From: Lama glama
Lineage: Eukaryota
NCBI GenBank assembly: GCA_028534125.1
Contig: CM052817.1
Coordinates: 44,394,001-44,458,000 of the forward strand
Direction of reading: 5' to 3'
DNA length: 64,000 nt
Part shown: positions 1 to 12,904 of the stretch, in pieces
How the letters are laid out: every line of letters starts with the position of its first letter
How positions within the stretch are numbered: position 1 is the first letter of the stretch
Program-made: the position numbers and the translations under genes
The notes under the pieces: generated by a model
Databases searched by the model: none
Told to the model about the DNA's origin: nothing
Seen by the model: only the letters and a program-made list of their open reading frames with translations

Positions 1-129
1 CAATACCAGAGCCCAGTAGGGTAAATATTCTTGTTTTACAAATAGAGAAACCCAGAGTCAAAGGAATTAAGGGACTTGCCCAAGAGCACAGAGCTGAGTT
101 GAGTATTAATCACAGATACCATCTGTAGA

Positions 130-325
130 GCAATTACTATGTGCCAGACACTGTACGAGAACCTGTGGATCACGTCATGTAGTCTTCCCAGCAGTCTTGT
201 AGTAGATACTGCTTTAACCAAATCGGACAACAGGCGAGGAAACTAAGACTTAGTGAGGTGAAGTGAGGCTAAGACACGTGCAGCCCAGGGCGGCTGCCGT
301 GAACTCAGGTCAGCAGGACTCCGGG
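130..325 (-). mobile_element. MIR SINE relic
   Basis: tactatgtgccagacactgt...gaggaaactaagacttagtgaggtgaagtga. Confidence 0.65.
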
Positions 326-3204
326 GGCCGCCCTTGTACAGTCACTGTAAATATCCACGCCAAGACCGCTGTCAGAACTCAGCCCCTCGTCCTGTCCACT
401 GCACCCACTGTCTCCAGTTCCCAGAGCTATGTAATTTGCCACCTTACTTACAAATTTCTATACATATAAAACAATTACACAAACACCCACTATATTTAGC
501 TGAAGGGGTGAAGTAGAGGTCTTAGTTTGACTTCATTGATACGAAGTGTCCACTACTACCTCGCTGCAGGAGAAATCAGACTCCATGGCTTTTTAGATTA
601 GTCCTTCATTTTTCTCTTCACCTAAGGTAGCTGGATGGAAAAGGAACATAATCTTTTTTTGGTTAAAACCTATTTCTTTACCACTAAAAAGGTTCCAGCT
701 CAAAATTGATGTGTGTGTTTGTGTGTAAACCTAAGCTGTGTGGCTTTAGTTGGAAACTTAGTAAACAAGGGTCACAATTTCTATGTTAGAGTAAATCTTC
801 ATTTTAAAGCAAGGGAAAAATTGAAACATTTTTGACAAACACAATTGAAGGGTACTGATGCCTTTGTCTACTATTTCTTCAACATGAGCACCACAGAATA
901 CAATCATCCCAATGATACAGGAAAATATTTCTCCATGATCTGCCCATCTTTAAGCTGGAATGCCAGAGCCACTTCAGTCTCGGTGAGGTTCATAATGTCC
1001 TTGACATGTCCAAGTTCTGGCTAAAACGGGGACATCTCATTGTCTTCTCTACTACTTCTCTACTTCTCTTCTCGTCTAATCCCAGAGACCGAAGGGGGAC
1101 TAAACACTTCCATCTGCTGCACTGACTGGCTGTGGGCTGTACTCTTTGGCTCTCTACAGGCAGTTTAGTTAAGACAAGGTCTAAGTAAAAGACAATTTTG
1201 GTAGTGGAAAAAAATGTGTAATGTATATTAGTTGTCCACTGAAGAAAAATGCAGGTGGGAGAGAATATTGTTTAATGTCATTTGTTTAATTCTCCTTATA
1301 TTCCCCTGGAAAATATCATTTCCGAAAAAACAGTTCTGGCTGGAAGTTATGTTATTCGCCTACAAGATGATCTGCTAGGGACCTGCAGCAAAACGCCCGG
1401 TAGGACGTGACGATCTTGCACTGTGGAAGAGGGCACAAGGATACCAGAACGGAGAGCAAGAGGGAAAACCAAGATGTCTGCCATCACATCTCCCAACATC
1501 CCTGCAGGGCAGGGGCAGGACGAGTCAAATGTCACCATTCCTGTCTTTCAGACAGATAATGAGAGAGACTGACATCTACATGAAGTCAGCCCGGGAGCTG
1601 TTCGCCTCACAGCTTCATTTTCTAGGCTCTCCACTCTGTCACCAGACGGCGCCGCCTTATAGCAAACCAGGTTAGAGAGAATTCAAAGAGGTAGTTCACT
1701 GAGCAATAACACTCTCATCACCTCAACCCCAGGAAAAAGCCTTCCTCTTATTCAGGTGCTTTGGGATCCATTTCAATCTCACCTCTCCAGGAAGTACAGC
1801 TTCTAGAAGTGGCTTAAAAAAAAACAAGAGTAGAAAGAATAGAAGGGAACAGTTGTATGGTTTCCATTATTCCTATAAACATGACTTCTTTTGAAACTAA
1901 TATTGTGTGTCATTTCTGGAAGGAACTCAAAGAACTTATTAATAATGCAATTGATATCATTTAAAAAATGCCCATTATGGCTCTCAGTAGCTGGCATTTT
2001 AAGGGACAGGTGTGATGATTTTTAATTTGCAAATGAGTAGAAAGCAGCGTGGATATGTCTGTCCTCACACGTTGGGGTGGGTGGTGAAGGGAGGGGAGAA
2101 CTCTGCCCCTGAGTTTCCGCTGAACTCGGCTCACTAACTTTCTCAGGCTCCTTCAATCTAAGTAGGGCTTATAATGTCCTTGACATGTCCAAGTTCTGGC
2201 TCTAATTAAAGGTGACAGGGCAGCTGTGCTAGAAGGGCAGGCGCCACGTGAGCGTGGTTCAGTGGGGAAGGACGGGTCAAAAAATGTGACACAGCTGAAG
2301 CGCCGTCAGGGTTCAGCTCGAACCCACTCAGTCTTTCCCCTGCAGACCTTGTTTTGGTTTTCAGAGACATCAGTGCAGGCAGAACTGTAAGCCTGTCTGC
2401 ACAGGAGCTGGTGTGTACCCTGGGCTTCATGGGACAAGGAAGAACAGAATGAGAGGAAGATGTCTAGGAGTGGTCCAGGGAGGCTTCTGTGGGAAGAAGC
2501 AACATACATGTTGTGGTATTTTGACATCTAAAAGTTGTTGGCTGGGCTGTCACGGGACACATCACAGCTCAACCATATCTGCTAATACTAGTGTTACCAG
2601 GAGCAGTCACTCCTGGCCCAAAGGTTGCACATTTGGATGGTATTTGAATTTTTTAATTTTACCAAGCCCTTAAAATATGGGGACTTGGATTTTAAAATGC
2701 AGTTAAGAGGGATCTGAGTAACTGAAGGGAACAAGGGAAAGTTGGCTGTACCAGACAGCCATTTCTCTGCCAGGCAGATCTCTCCAAAAAAACTGCCAAC
2801 TTACACCCGATAGAATTCAATGGGTAAAAGAGAAGAGGTGTTTTGATTTTTTTTTTTTTAACAACATGCTAGTCTTTCAGGAGCTAGTTAATTTGCAAAA
2901 TCACTGACATTTACCCACTTCTCATCTGGCATAAACTGTTAACTCGCCTCGCATGAGATGCTATTTATAAGGGTTTTTTCTCCAAACATAGCTTAACAGA
3001 CCCTCCCGCCCACCTCACCATCTGCGCACAGAAACTTCGCTGGGCCCCTTCCCACCTCCTCGCTGCTCCAGCTCTGGCTCCGGCTCGCACACTGACCAGG
3101 AGTCAGGAGACCTGGCTCTGACAGAACACTCGCCATCAGGCTGTTGTCTGTTTTTTCATCCACAGCAAGGGCATCCGAATACCTGCCTAAAACTAACAGT
3201 TATG

Positions 3205-3420
3205 TTTAATCACTGAGCACTTTCTCCACACCAGGCACCATTTAGGAGTTTTCCTATTCAATGACTATTCACAACCACACAATGGGATGGGTGCTGTCAC
3301 TAGTCCCCTTTTACTGATGAGGAAAATGAGGCGACGGAGGCTATTTGACTTGCCCAAGCTCAGGCAGTGCCAGGCTGAAATCCAGGTCGTCTGGCTGCAG
3401 GGTTCAGATTTCACCACTAC
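3205..3420 (-). mobile_element. MIR SINE relic
   Basis: cccttttactgatgaggaaaatgaggc...tgacttgcccaag. Confidence 0.7.
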
Positions 3421-4559
3421 ATTAAAGCAGCTCAGAGGAGCACTGTGAGGCTCAAATAAAACAAAGCGTGTGCAGGCACTTTGGAAAATGTCAAAGTACT
3501 ACACACATTCACGTTACTGTTCTGTGCTATTATTAAGGTCAGGCAATACTTGAGGAACACACCCCAGTCATTTAGGCAGACGCGCCGAGGGGAACACACC
3601 CGACTTCTCCCCACACCAAACCACGCTGCTCCGCCGTCTGCTCTGAGGACCTTGCCGACAGCGTTGCCAATAACATCGCTACAAACACACCACTGGCCTC
3701 TACTGCTGCCTGTCTTCATCTAAACAAGAATAATCCAGGACTCCTAGCTGCCTGGCTGAGCTGGTAAAAACTAGGACTAGATAAAGGTGTTCAATGAACA
3801 GGCTTTGCTGCTGTTTCTTTGATTTGAAACGGGAGGATCCAGGCAGCAGCGTAGGACTGTGTGCTTTAGCTGCACTGCAGTTTCTCTCCTGAACAAACCT
3901 CCATCCCTGCTGTGTGACCTGATCAAAGCAGAAAGGTCATGGGAACTTGACCGCCACTTCAGATATTCTCTACTACACTCTCTGTCAAGGGTGGTTTTCT
4001 GCCATTTCCTCCCGGGAAGACCCGTGACCAGAAGGTTGTCATATTTACTTAGTGTGGTCTCTTAGTTCAGGTATCAGGAATCTTTGACATACAAGAAAGA
4101 ATATTACCTTTCTATACATTCAACTCTACTCATCCCTCCCTTTCCAAACGACCTCCCTGCTGTCCCCATTCCTGTTAGGCCGGTCACCCAGGCCAGAACG
4201 CCGGTGTCAACTACTTCCTCTCTCCCATGCTCCACGCCTAATCTGCTACCAGGTTCTGTCTGTTTTACTTCCTTTATATAAATGTAAGCCCATCTGTTTT
4301 CACTGCTCCTGCTGCCCCTCCCTGAGACCCATAGGGTCACTTCCCTCGACGGCTGTCACACCCTCCCAACTGCCCTCTCTTCCTCCTGTCTGACACCACA
4401 CACAGCTGCCAGAGAGACTTTCCTGAAACGTGAATCCACCATGGCTCCCTCCCTGCTGATGAACCCAGGGGTGGGGGCACACCTGACCTCGGCCAGATGG
4501 CTTAAGCCCACTGCAGCCTCTCCCCTACTGACTGCAACGACCCTCCCAGGACCCCGAGG

Positions 4560-6290
4560 AGGACTCTGTGAGGTTAAGTGTGGCAGGGTGCTGGGGAGGG
4601 GAGCCTGACCTGAATACCACCCAGAATGGGGTGAGTGTCCTGTGTTCTCCCCTTTATGTTCTAGCTGTGACCACAGAATAGCCCCCGCGCTGAACTGCAC
4701 AGAGGCAGGGCGGCAGAAGCACTGAAAAAACCACCGCCTTCACTGAGATAAAGCATGTGGGGAAATCCTGTTCTTCCCTCATCTTGCTCCCGCCCACCCC
4801 GGTGGCTTTACTCTCAGAGCTGCATGGCACAGACACTTAAAACCCCAAGGACAACCCTTCTTTCTTTCACAGGAACTGAGAAAAGGAACCCCTGTCCAGA
4901 GACTGGGAGGGGAAGGCCCACGATTTTTTCTCTTGTATCGAGGGTAGTCCTAGCCACGCAGGCTGTTGTTAACATCATGAGAACTTGTCTCTTTCCAGCC
5001 AGAGACCCAGGAAAAGGGGCCACTGGGAGCCAGAGAGTGTGGGGGACACTGGACAGGAGAAAGTGGGAAAACAGATCCCATAATTCTACTGCCCTAGGTC
5101 CCGGCTCACCCTCAAGCCACATGTGTACGGGACAGACCCAAAGCAGCACAGCAAAGGCTCTGAGACCTGAACTGAAAGGTGCCTGGATGGGTCAGACACA
5201 TACAGCACAGCAAAGGCTCTGAACACTGAACTGACACTGGAACCACCACCTAAAGGTAAGGTGGCCTGAACCTAACTAGGCTGACTGCCTTCTAAAACAA
5301 TACACTGACGTTCTTCAGAGGATTCCAACAGAACCCAGAGTCTTACAGTATAACACTCAAAACGTTCAGAATACAGTATTATCCAATATGAAAAGAACCA
5401 GTAAAACGTGAGCAATCTCAGGGGGAGAAGGGTGCGAACCCTGAGATAATCCCAATGTTGGGACTATCAAAGCCTTTAAAATGGCTTTTATAACTATTCT
5501 CCATGGTAAAAGTAAACACTCTTGAATAGAAAGGTAGGAGTTCTTAGTAAAGAAATAGACACTACAAAAAACTAACTGAATGGAAATTTTAGAACAGAAA
5601 ACTATAATATTTGAAATTTAAAAAAAATCACTGGCAGAAGGGAGACAGGAAAGTCAGTGAAACTGAAGATCATTAGAAAATCTGAACTGACAAAACATTT
5701 AAAAAAAAATGAACAAAGCTTCAGAGACTTGCAGGGCCATATCAAAAGGTCTAATACTTGTCCCAAAAGGAGAAGGAAAAAATTAATGCATCAAAAATAT
5801 TTGAAGACACAATGGCTAAGAACTTCCTGAATTTGGTGAAAGACATAAATTTACAGAATCAAGAAGCTTTGCAAACCCCAATAAGATAAACCAAAGAAAG
5901 TCAGGCCCAAATACATCATAACCAAACTGCTGAAAATCAAAGAAAAAAAATCTGAAAGCAGTCAGAGAAAAACAACACACTGCATATAGGAAGAACAAGT
6001 ATTTAAATGGCTTTCCCATCGGAAACCATGGAAGCAAGAAGGAATGGGACGTTTTTAACTTACTGACAGGAAAAAAATAGTCAGCTCAGAATTCCATATC
6101 CAGTACTAATTCTTCAGGAATGATAGCAAAATATAGACATTCTTAGATGAAGAAAAACTAAAAGAATTTGTCACCACTAGACAAACCCAAAAAAAATAAA
6201 AACTGAGAAATGCTAAAGGAAGTTTTTCAGGCTGAAAGGAAGACAGACCACAGGGAAACTTGGAACTTCAAGAATGAAGCAAGAGCAACA
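4560..6290 (+). mobile_element. Ancient LINE-1 (L1M-type) 5'UTR/ORF1 remnant
   Basis: A-rich decayed ORF1-like sequence such as gaagacataaatttacagaatcaagaagct...catcataaccaaactgctgaaaatcaaaga and agaattccatatccag...aaaagaatttgtcacc. The left boundary is uncertain. Confidence 0.7.
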
Positions 6291-7281
6291 GTACTGAGCA
6301 GCTGAGAACCATCTGGGTCACTGGTGGTCTCTTGGCAAAGCCGGTTTGGCGGAACAACAGATTCTTTCTGCCTTTTGAAATATTCCACTAAGTCTCTAAG
6401 CTAAAGCCTTTTGGGCCTTCAGAAGAGAGAATCACGGGATCTGGTTAAGCAGCCTTTTGCCTAATAGATATGGCAGAGCTTAACCAAAGAACTGAAAGCT
6501 CTGATTATTAAATTGTCTTTAGAGTTTATGTATGTCAGAAGTTCAGAAAACAAGTGTTTTATATTTTAAGTAATATTTATATTTACTTGGAATACTGTAA
6601 TTCATCATCTAGGATATATAAGTAAAAAATAAAGTAGAACTGATTTAAAATGCTAGTTTCAAGTTTTCAAATATTAATAAATCAGGACTCTAGTTTCCAC
6701 TGTTAGTGAGTTTCATGCCTAGAAATACATCTTAGGTTAATAACTTAATCACTTTAAATATTAGGCAATAAATTATTATTTTGCAAAAGTTAATGGAAGG
6801 CTATGCTCTTGCCTGAGAACAATCATGATCAAGTATCATGTTTTAAAACCATCCTTGGAAAAGCTTGTTGTATACCAGGAAGATAACTGCATTTTCAATT
6901 TCAAGCTAAATGTATTCATAGGTGCCTTCAACAACATCATTTAAAGCCTACACATTTTTTCTGTTTCCAGATGAAATATGTAAATGCAAGTGACACGAAC
7001 ACAAATTCTATGACACATCAATAAACTTGTAGTTCATTAAGACAAACAGAAAATCCCACCGGAATCTTTACTGCTACAGGGTAAAATGCAAGCTCTTCAG
7101 CACTTCACACAAAGCCCGGGTGACTTCCGTGACAGCCTGCCCCCGTGGATCCTCCCAGCCTCATCTCCTGCCATTCAAGACCTTTCTTCTTAGTCTCTAA
7201 ATTTGGTAATTTCTAATTTAATCATGACTCTTTTTGTTTTACATTCCAAAATATCAAACCTCCTGGAAGCAGTCTTCCTCA

Positions 7282-7305
7282 ACACGCGCGCGCACGCACA
7301 CACGC
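7282..7305. repeat. Alternating purine-pyrimidine tract (CA/CG), potential Z-DNA
   Basis: acacgcgcgcgcacgcacacacgc. Confidence 0.7.
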
Positions 7306-8255
7306 TCCTCTTATTTTCTCACACCCCTGCGTCTTCTCCCGCGCTGTCCCCTTTGTCTTTAACATCCCCTTCTCTTCCTGTCCTAACTCATTCTGATTAC
7401 TTCAGCTTAAAATGTGACAATACAGGCGTCAGAGCAGTTTTATATAAATAAAGGAGACAATACAGCACTATGTTAAAAAAAAAACAGCACCATAGCCCAC
7501 ATCTGGGACTAAGGTGGACTAAACAAATGGTACCCAGTGTCATTTCCTGTGCGGACTAATCCTCTCTTCCTTCAGGTTCGCAGTTTAAAAATACTTCTTG
7601 CCACATAATCCCCAGACTGAGAGGGTGACAATACAGTGATGAAAAAGCAATTAAAAAGTAAAATCAGGATGGGGAGGAAAAAGCAACAAGTAATTTGCCA
7701 CACTGCTACTGCAGTATGTCTACATGCCAAAAAACAGAACGATAAAAACTCTGTAAAATGTTCAGTTAAAGATATTATGGCAGCTTGGTACTTTTAAGAG
7801 TGTTTATATAGCTCTCTTTGGGATAAAAACAGGCAGACTTGAGCAAGGTGGTTTTCCCCCAACCCCATGAAATGGGAGTGTTCAGCTGTGCTGAGGAGGG
7901 GACGGGCCAGGAGCTGTGCTAAAGCAGGTGTGCACAGGGGGAGACCTTGCGCTGGGAGGGTGTGCGTTCCTACAGCAGCTGCATCACGTCAGCATGTTAG
8001 CCATGCGCTGTGAGCCCAAACGAGCTGGGGCGGCAGAGGGGAGAAGCAATACCACTGATAGAGGTGCTTCTAAAATCCCTAAATCCTCCTGCCCCACTGC
8101 TCCCTGCTCCCATGGTCTATATCCTGTGGTCTCATTCCAACACATAAACCAGAGTGCTTAGGACACATTATAGAATAGATGAAACGGAATCACAGAAGAG
8201 TTTCTCCTGGGATTGGTATCACTGAGAACCTCTTACATTCCAGGCTCAGCACGAC

Positions 8256-8755
8256 NNNNNNNNNNNNNNNNNNNNNNNNNNNNNNNNNNNNNNNNNNNNN
8301 NNNNNNNNNNNNNNNNNNNNNNNNNNNNNNNNNNNNNNNNNNNNNNNNNNNNNNNNNNNNNNNNNNNNNNNNNNNNNNNNNNNNNNNNNNNNNNNNNNNN
8401 NNNNNNNNNNNNNNNNNNNNNNNNNNNNNNNNNNNNNNNNNNNNNNNNNNNNNNNNNNNNNNNNNNNNNNNNNNNNNNNNNNNNNNNNNNNNNNNNNNNN
8501 NNNNNNNNNNNNNNNNNNNNNNNNNNNNNNNNNNNNNNNNNNNNNNNNNNNNNNNNNNNNNNNNNNNNNNNNNNNNNNNNNNNNNNNNNNNNNNNNNNNN
8601 NNNNNNNNNNNNNNNNNNNNNNNNNNNNNNNNNNNNNNNNNNNNNNNNNNNNNNNNNNNNNNNNNNNNNNNNNNNNNNNNNNNNNNNNNNNNNNNNNNNN
8701 NNNNNNNNNNNNNNNNNNNNNNNNNNNNNNNNNNNNNNNNNNNNNNNNNNNNNNN
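8256..8755. other. Assembly gap (exactly 500 N) flanked by an identical 199-bp duplication
   Basis: 8057-8255 is identical to 8756-8954. Confidence 0.97.
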
Positions 8756-9692
8756 GATAGAGGTGCTTCTAAAATCCCTAAATCCTCCTGCCCCACTGCT
8801 CCCTGCTCCCATGGTCTATATCCTGTGGTCTCATTCCAACACATAAACCAGAGTGCTTAGGACACATTATAGAATAGATGAAACGGAATCACAGAAGAGT
8901 TTCTCCTGGGATTGGTATCACTGAGAACCTCTTACATTCCAGGCTCAGCACGACGCAAGCTTTAACAAAAGAGTCCTTTCAGCAGGCAGGCCTGAGCTGT
9001 GTGGAGAGCTGTGAGCACAGGGGCAGGCAGCCCCTCTGGGGCTGGAGAGAAAGCAGCCGGGCAAGAACTGTCTCCCCTGCAGGCACAGCTGGGCTTAGGT
9101 CTCCATGGCATGTGGGAAGACAGCAGCATCAGGGTCATTCTTAACATGCTGTACATTTAAAATTTCTGTAGGAGCAGTAAATGCTAACAACTAAATTCCC
9201 ATACTGTGCTTTCAAGCTGTTCACTGGGGTATGTACGGCAAAGAGAGCTGGGGAGTCTGAAGAGCAACACTGCCTCTTCTCAGAAGTGTCTTTGGTTAAT
9301 TGGTCTCTCTTTCCTTAAAGTTTCTTGATTTTTTGGTTTCCCTTTGACCATCATACAGGAAATGAAATTTACAGACTACTGGCTTTGGCTGCAGCTGCTG
9401 AGAAGAGTGTCGGGGTCCCTGTGTTGGTCCAGGAAGCAAGGGCCTGAGTTCTCGTCCCAGCCATGTGACTTTTAGGAAATATCTCAATCCCCCTAACCTT
9501 CACTTTGGGCATTTGTAAAAACGAAAATGACAGGAGAGCTGTGAGGCCAGTGCTCCAAGTGCTTTGCAAGTTGAGCAAGGTCAGTGATGTGACAGGCCCC
9601 TTGCACTCCTGCTGGAAGGGGCCCGTAACCCTGCTAGGACCTCAACTGTCTTTCCAAGGGCAGCAGAGCAAAGGTCCCCATTCTCTCCTTAC

Positions 9693-9843
9693 CTTCTTTT
9701 CATTGACATCTGCCTGCTCCTCTTCCTCATTCACTTCCTCTGGCATATCTTTGATTTTATTCAGAAGCTCAGCCTTGGGAGCAGACACACTGTAGTAGGC
9801 AGAGCAGTTGACCAACATGCCCACCGCTTCCTTGTCTTCACTC
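9693..9843 (-). CDS. SHROOM3: SHROOM3 internal coding exon (exon 9 equivalent), ASD2
   Basis: Acceptor ttctttctgacccag|G AGT GAA and donor AAG AAG|gtaagg; 151 bp, phase 2-0. Encodes SEDKEAVGMLVNCSAYYSVSAPKAELLNKIKDMPEEVNEEEEQADVNEKK. The next exon was not found in 1-9692, so it presumably lies left of the window. Confidence 0.96.
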
Positions 9844-12004
9844 CTGGGTCAGAAAGAACAAAAAGTACAGCCACACACAGCACATTTCACTACGAGCCTG
9901 TCCATTCAGAAATGTGTAAACAAATTCTATTCAGTATCTTCCCAGAAGTTAGGATGAACTAGCTAAGAAATATTCACTAGTCATTGATGACTACATGTAG
10001 GGCTACTGAAGGCAGGCAAACTCGGGATGGAAAACCACTGAGGGCAGTATTGGGAAGGGGAGTGGGAGTCAGGACTGTGGAGACTTGCCAGATGACATTT
10101 ACCCTCTCTGCATGTTTCTCCTTGTGTGATAAATATCAGAATGAAGCCGACTCCCTGTTTCACAGAATAACAAGGAGGAACCATGACTTAGTCAATGCGA
10201 AACTATTTTCAAGGTGCCGCACAAATCTCAGGTCTGAGGTTAATTATTTTCTACTCCTCCATGGTTATCCACAATCTTTTGGATGCCTACTGTAATTGTT
10301 GCTTGGACATTCACCAACTTTCCTTCTCACGTAAGCCTGAGGCTCCATGTATGCCTGGGAAACCTGGAGCTTGCCGATCAACAACGATTGAATATAAGAT
10401 GTAAACTCGACTCACTGATTACACAGCAAGGGGGTTTCAAGGCTGGAGAGCAAACTGGAAGTTGATAACCTGATAACTAGTGTTCTTTTGTTTTACTATA
10501 ACCAAGCTTCCTTTCAGACTCTATAGGTCAGATCCTATTCACTGGATAATTCTATAGATGTGATTAGGTTCTCTTGGAGAGGTAACCTTATGACGTTATT
10601 TAACATCTAGACCATCATTTTAATAAGGAATAAAGAACCACCAAAAAGTCATTCTGACTAGTTTCCTATTTGATGAGGTTATTCCTCTAAACAATATAGT
10701 TACATTAATTCAGTTCATTGAAAAAAATGGGGAAAAGGCCTTCTGATACATGATTTCCCCCCAGATACATTCACTGCCTAACAAATGGGTTTCTTGGGCA
10801 TCTGATTAACTAAACCTCGCAGCGGCTTTCTGCGCAATCTCATGCACAACAGGACGATGCTCATTTTTACCAGAAGGTGGCACCGCCTGCCATCCTTTTG
10901 AAATTCCTCAGGAAATACTCGGTGCTACAAAAGCTACATGACCACAGGTTCTAAACGTCTGTTCTCAATGATAATGCTAGGAAACACTTTTCTAAGGACG
11001 TACTTGTAAATGACTTTGGTCTTCCTATGGCAAGTGGTCGGAGAACCACCACCCCTAGTGAACTGACCGGCACATCCATAGAGACTCATCTGGGGGTCCC
11101 ACCTGGACCCACTGGACTGCTTTGCACATGGCAGCTGCTCAGGAAATGTTTGCTAAACACATGACACTCGATAAGCCACTTCTCCTCAATTAGCCTCTGC
11201 CAAATCTGAAAAAGGAGGGGCTGGACAAGGGGACTGCTGAGGCCTTGTATCAGGAGAGCTTCCAGTAACATAACAGACAGCTTGTAAGTACTACACAGCT
11301 CTTTCCTTTCTCCCCTCCCCTCAACCCAAAACATGGTGTTCCTATTAGTCATTTAGTTAGGATCAGCTGGAAATTTCTAAAATGCAAGCCCGAATTTAGA
11401 TGAAATGCTCCCTGATTTTGTTTAGTTTAAAAGCCACTAACTGTGGACTTCTAGTCTGTTGATCCATATAGATTTCACTGAAAATTTAAGAGAAAATTAA
11501 AAGCACTCTACATCTCTCCCATAGTTGTCCTTTAAGGGAATCAAACATGCAAGAAGATACTGCAATACCCCAGGGGAAATTGAAAGCAAGAAAACTATAG
11601 ACCGCTTGGGGCCCTCCCACTGGACGTGGCTGGGCGCTGGGACACTGCCGGGGGAGCTTCAGGCACAAGGCCCGCGGCTGAACAAAACCACGACAGCACT
11701 GCTGTTTAGACCTTTCCTAATTTTCAGGATTTGAGCAAACGTGCACCCTACCTCCTCAGAGTGAATGTCAGTGGAGTACATCAACCTGTCTCTAGGCTCT
11801 CACCCTTTCTACAAGACCACCCTCACACTTCAGCCTTGGGGAGGCCTCGGCTGTGCTGACTCCCACCTGGTCGTCCCTCAGCACTGCCCCGGGTGGGACT
11901 CTCTGCGGGGCAGCCCTGGCAGAGAGCGGGCAGCTGCACCTGTGCTGGGTTAGGGGCACTGTGTAAGCACGGAGAGCACACAGATGCCTTTGCTCACAGG
12001 TTCT

Positions 12005-12200
12005 GTGACTTTGGTTGGGTACAGTCTTAATTTCTCCGTGTTTCAGTTTCCTCATTTATAAAATGGAGATAAAATGGGTTGCTATCTCAGAAGGTTCTTG
12101 TGAAGATTAAATGAGAATGTTTATATAAAGAAATTAATACAATGCTTGACACAGAGAACATAAGCAACAGGTATCAACAGCAATTATTATAATTATTATT
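12005..12200 (+). mobile_element. MIR SINE relic
   Basis: tttcagtttcctcatttataaaatggagataa...gtgaagattaaatgaga. Confidence 0.75.
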
Positions 12201-12391
12201 ACTATTACTATTATTGTTGGGCAAATAACTCTAGGGAGATCAGACCCACTCCTCTAAGACTGAGCTGGACTGCCACTCTGGGGTCAGGATCTTTGGAAGG
12301 AGAAAGATCTCAGATAAGCAGTCCTAGACTTATCATCCCCACAGAAGGAGTTCAGTTTTAAGTCTCTTTGGTGACATTACCAGGGACTTAC

Positions 12392-12904
12392 CTCTTGGCT
12401 TCACATCCTGGGAAGCCGACAATTTTCTGCATGGCCTTCTTCTTTATGCTGTTTTCCTGCATCAAGTTAGTATCTCGGGGAAACAAACCTTCCATCAGGT
12501 CCATAGTTGTCTTCATTCTGGAGTCTGGATCTAAAATGTCTGCCAGAGATTTGTCTTGGTGGACAATTTCCTTGGCCAGAGCCTCTGTTCTGATGTCTTC
12601 TGAGGTCTTCTGAGGACCAGAACTGACATTCTTTTCTAAACCCTGAGTGCCACTGACTGGGTCGTGGACGAGGCGTTGCGTCTGGATGGGAGGTGGCTGC
12701 CCTGGGCTTGGCTGCTTGCTGAGAGACCCAGCAGGCTGAGGCAGAGCACCGGTGGCAGAGGGCGAGTTGGGCTCATTGGCCTCTGAACTCTTGATAGAAG
12801 TTTGGGATCTGGAAGCCAAAGCCAGTATCTGACTATCAACCAAATGGGCTGTACCAGGCATGGGCCTTTCCTTGGCAACTGTCACCTTGGCAAGTTTGCT
12901 GGAG
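12392..12904 (-). CDS. SHROOM3: SHROOM3 internal coding exon (exon 8 equivalent), start of ASD2 (ROCK-binding)
   Basis: Acceptor atatctagcag|C TCC AGC and donor AAG AG|gtaagt; 513 bp, phase 2-2. Encodes SEDIRTEALAKEIVHQDKSLADILDPDSRMKTTMDLMEGLFP. A tandem TAGCAG acceptor could shift the start to 12907. Confidence 0.95.

Noticed and set aside
5129..5236. Two ~50-bp imperfect direct repeats (cagcacagcaaaggctctga...ctgaactga)
   Set aside because: They lie within the 5' region of an old L1, where such repeats are a normal feature. Not CRISPR-like.
6295..7055. AT-rich 3'UTR-like stretch ending in AATAAA (possible retrocopy)
   Set aside because: No CDS, clean poly(A) tail or TSD could be found, and the source was not recognised.
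8179..8860. ORFs of 188-215 aa spanning the N run
   Set aside because: Produced by translating Ns.
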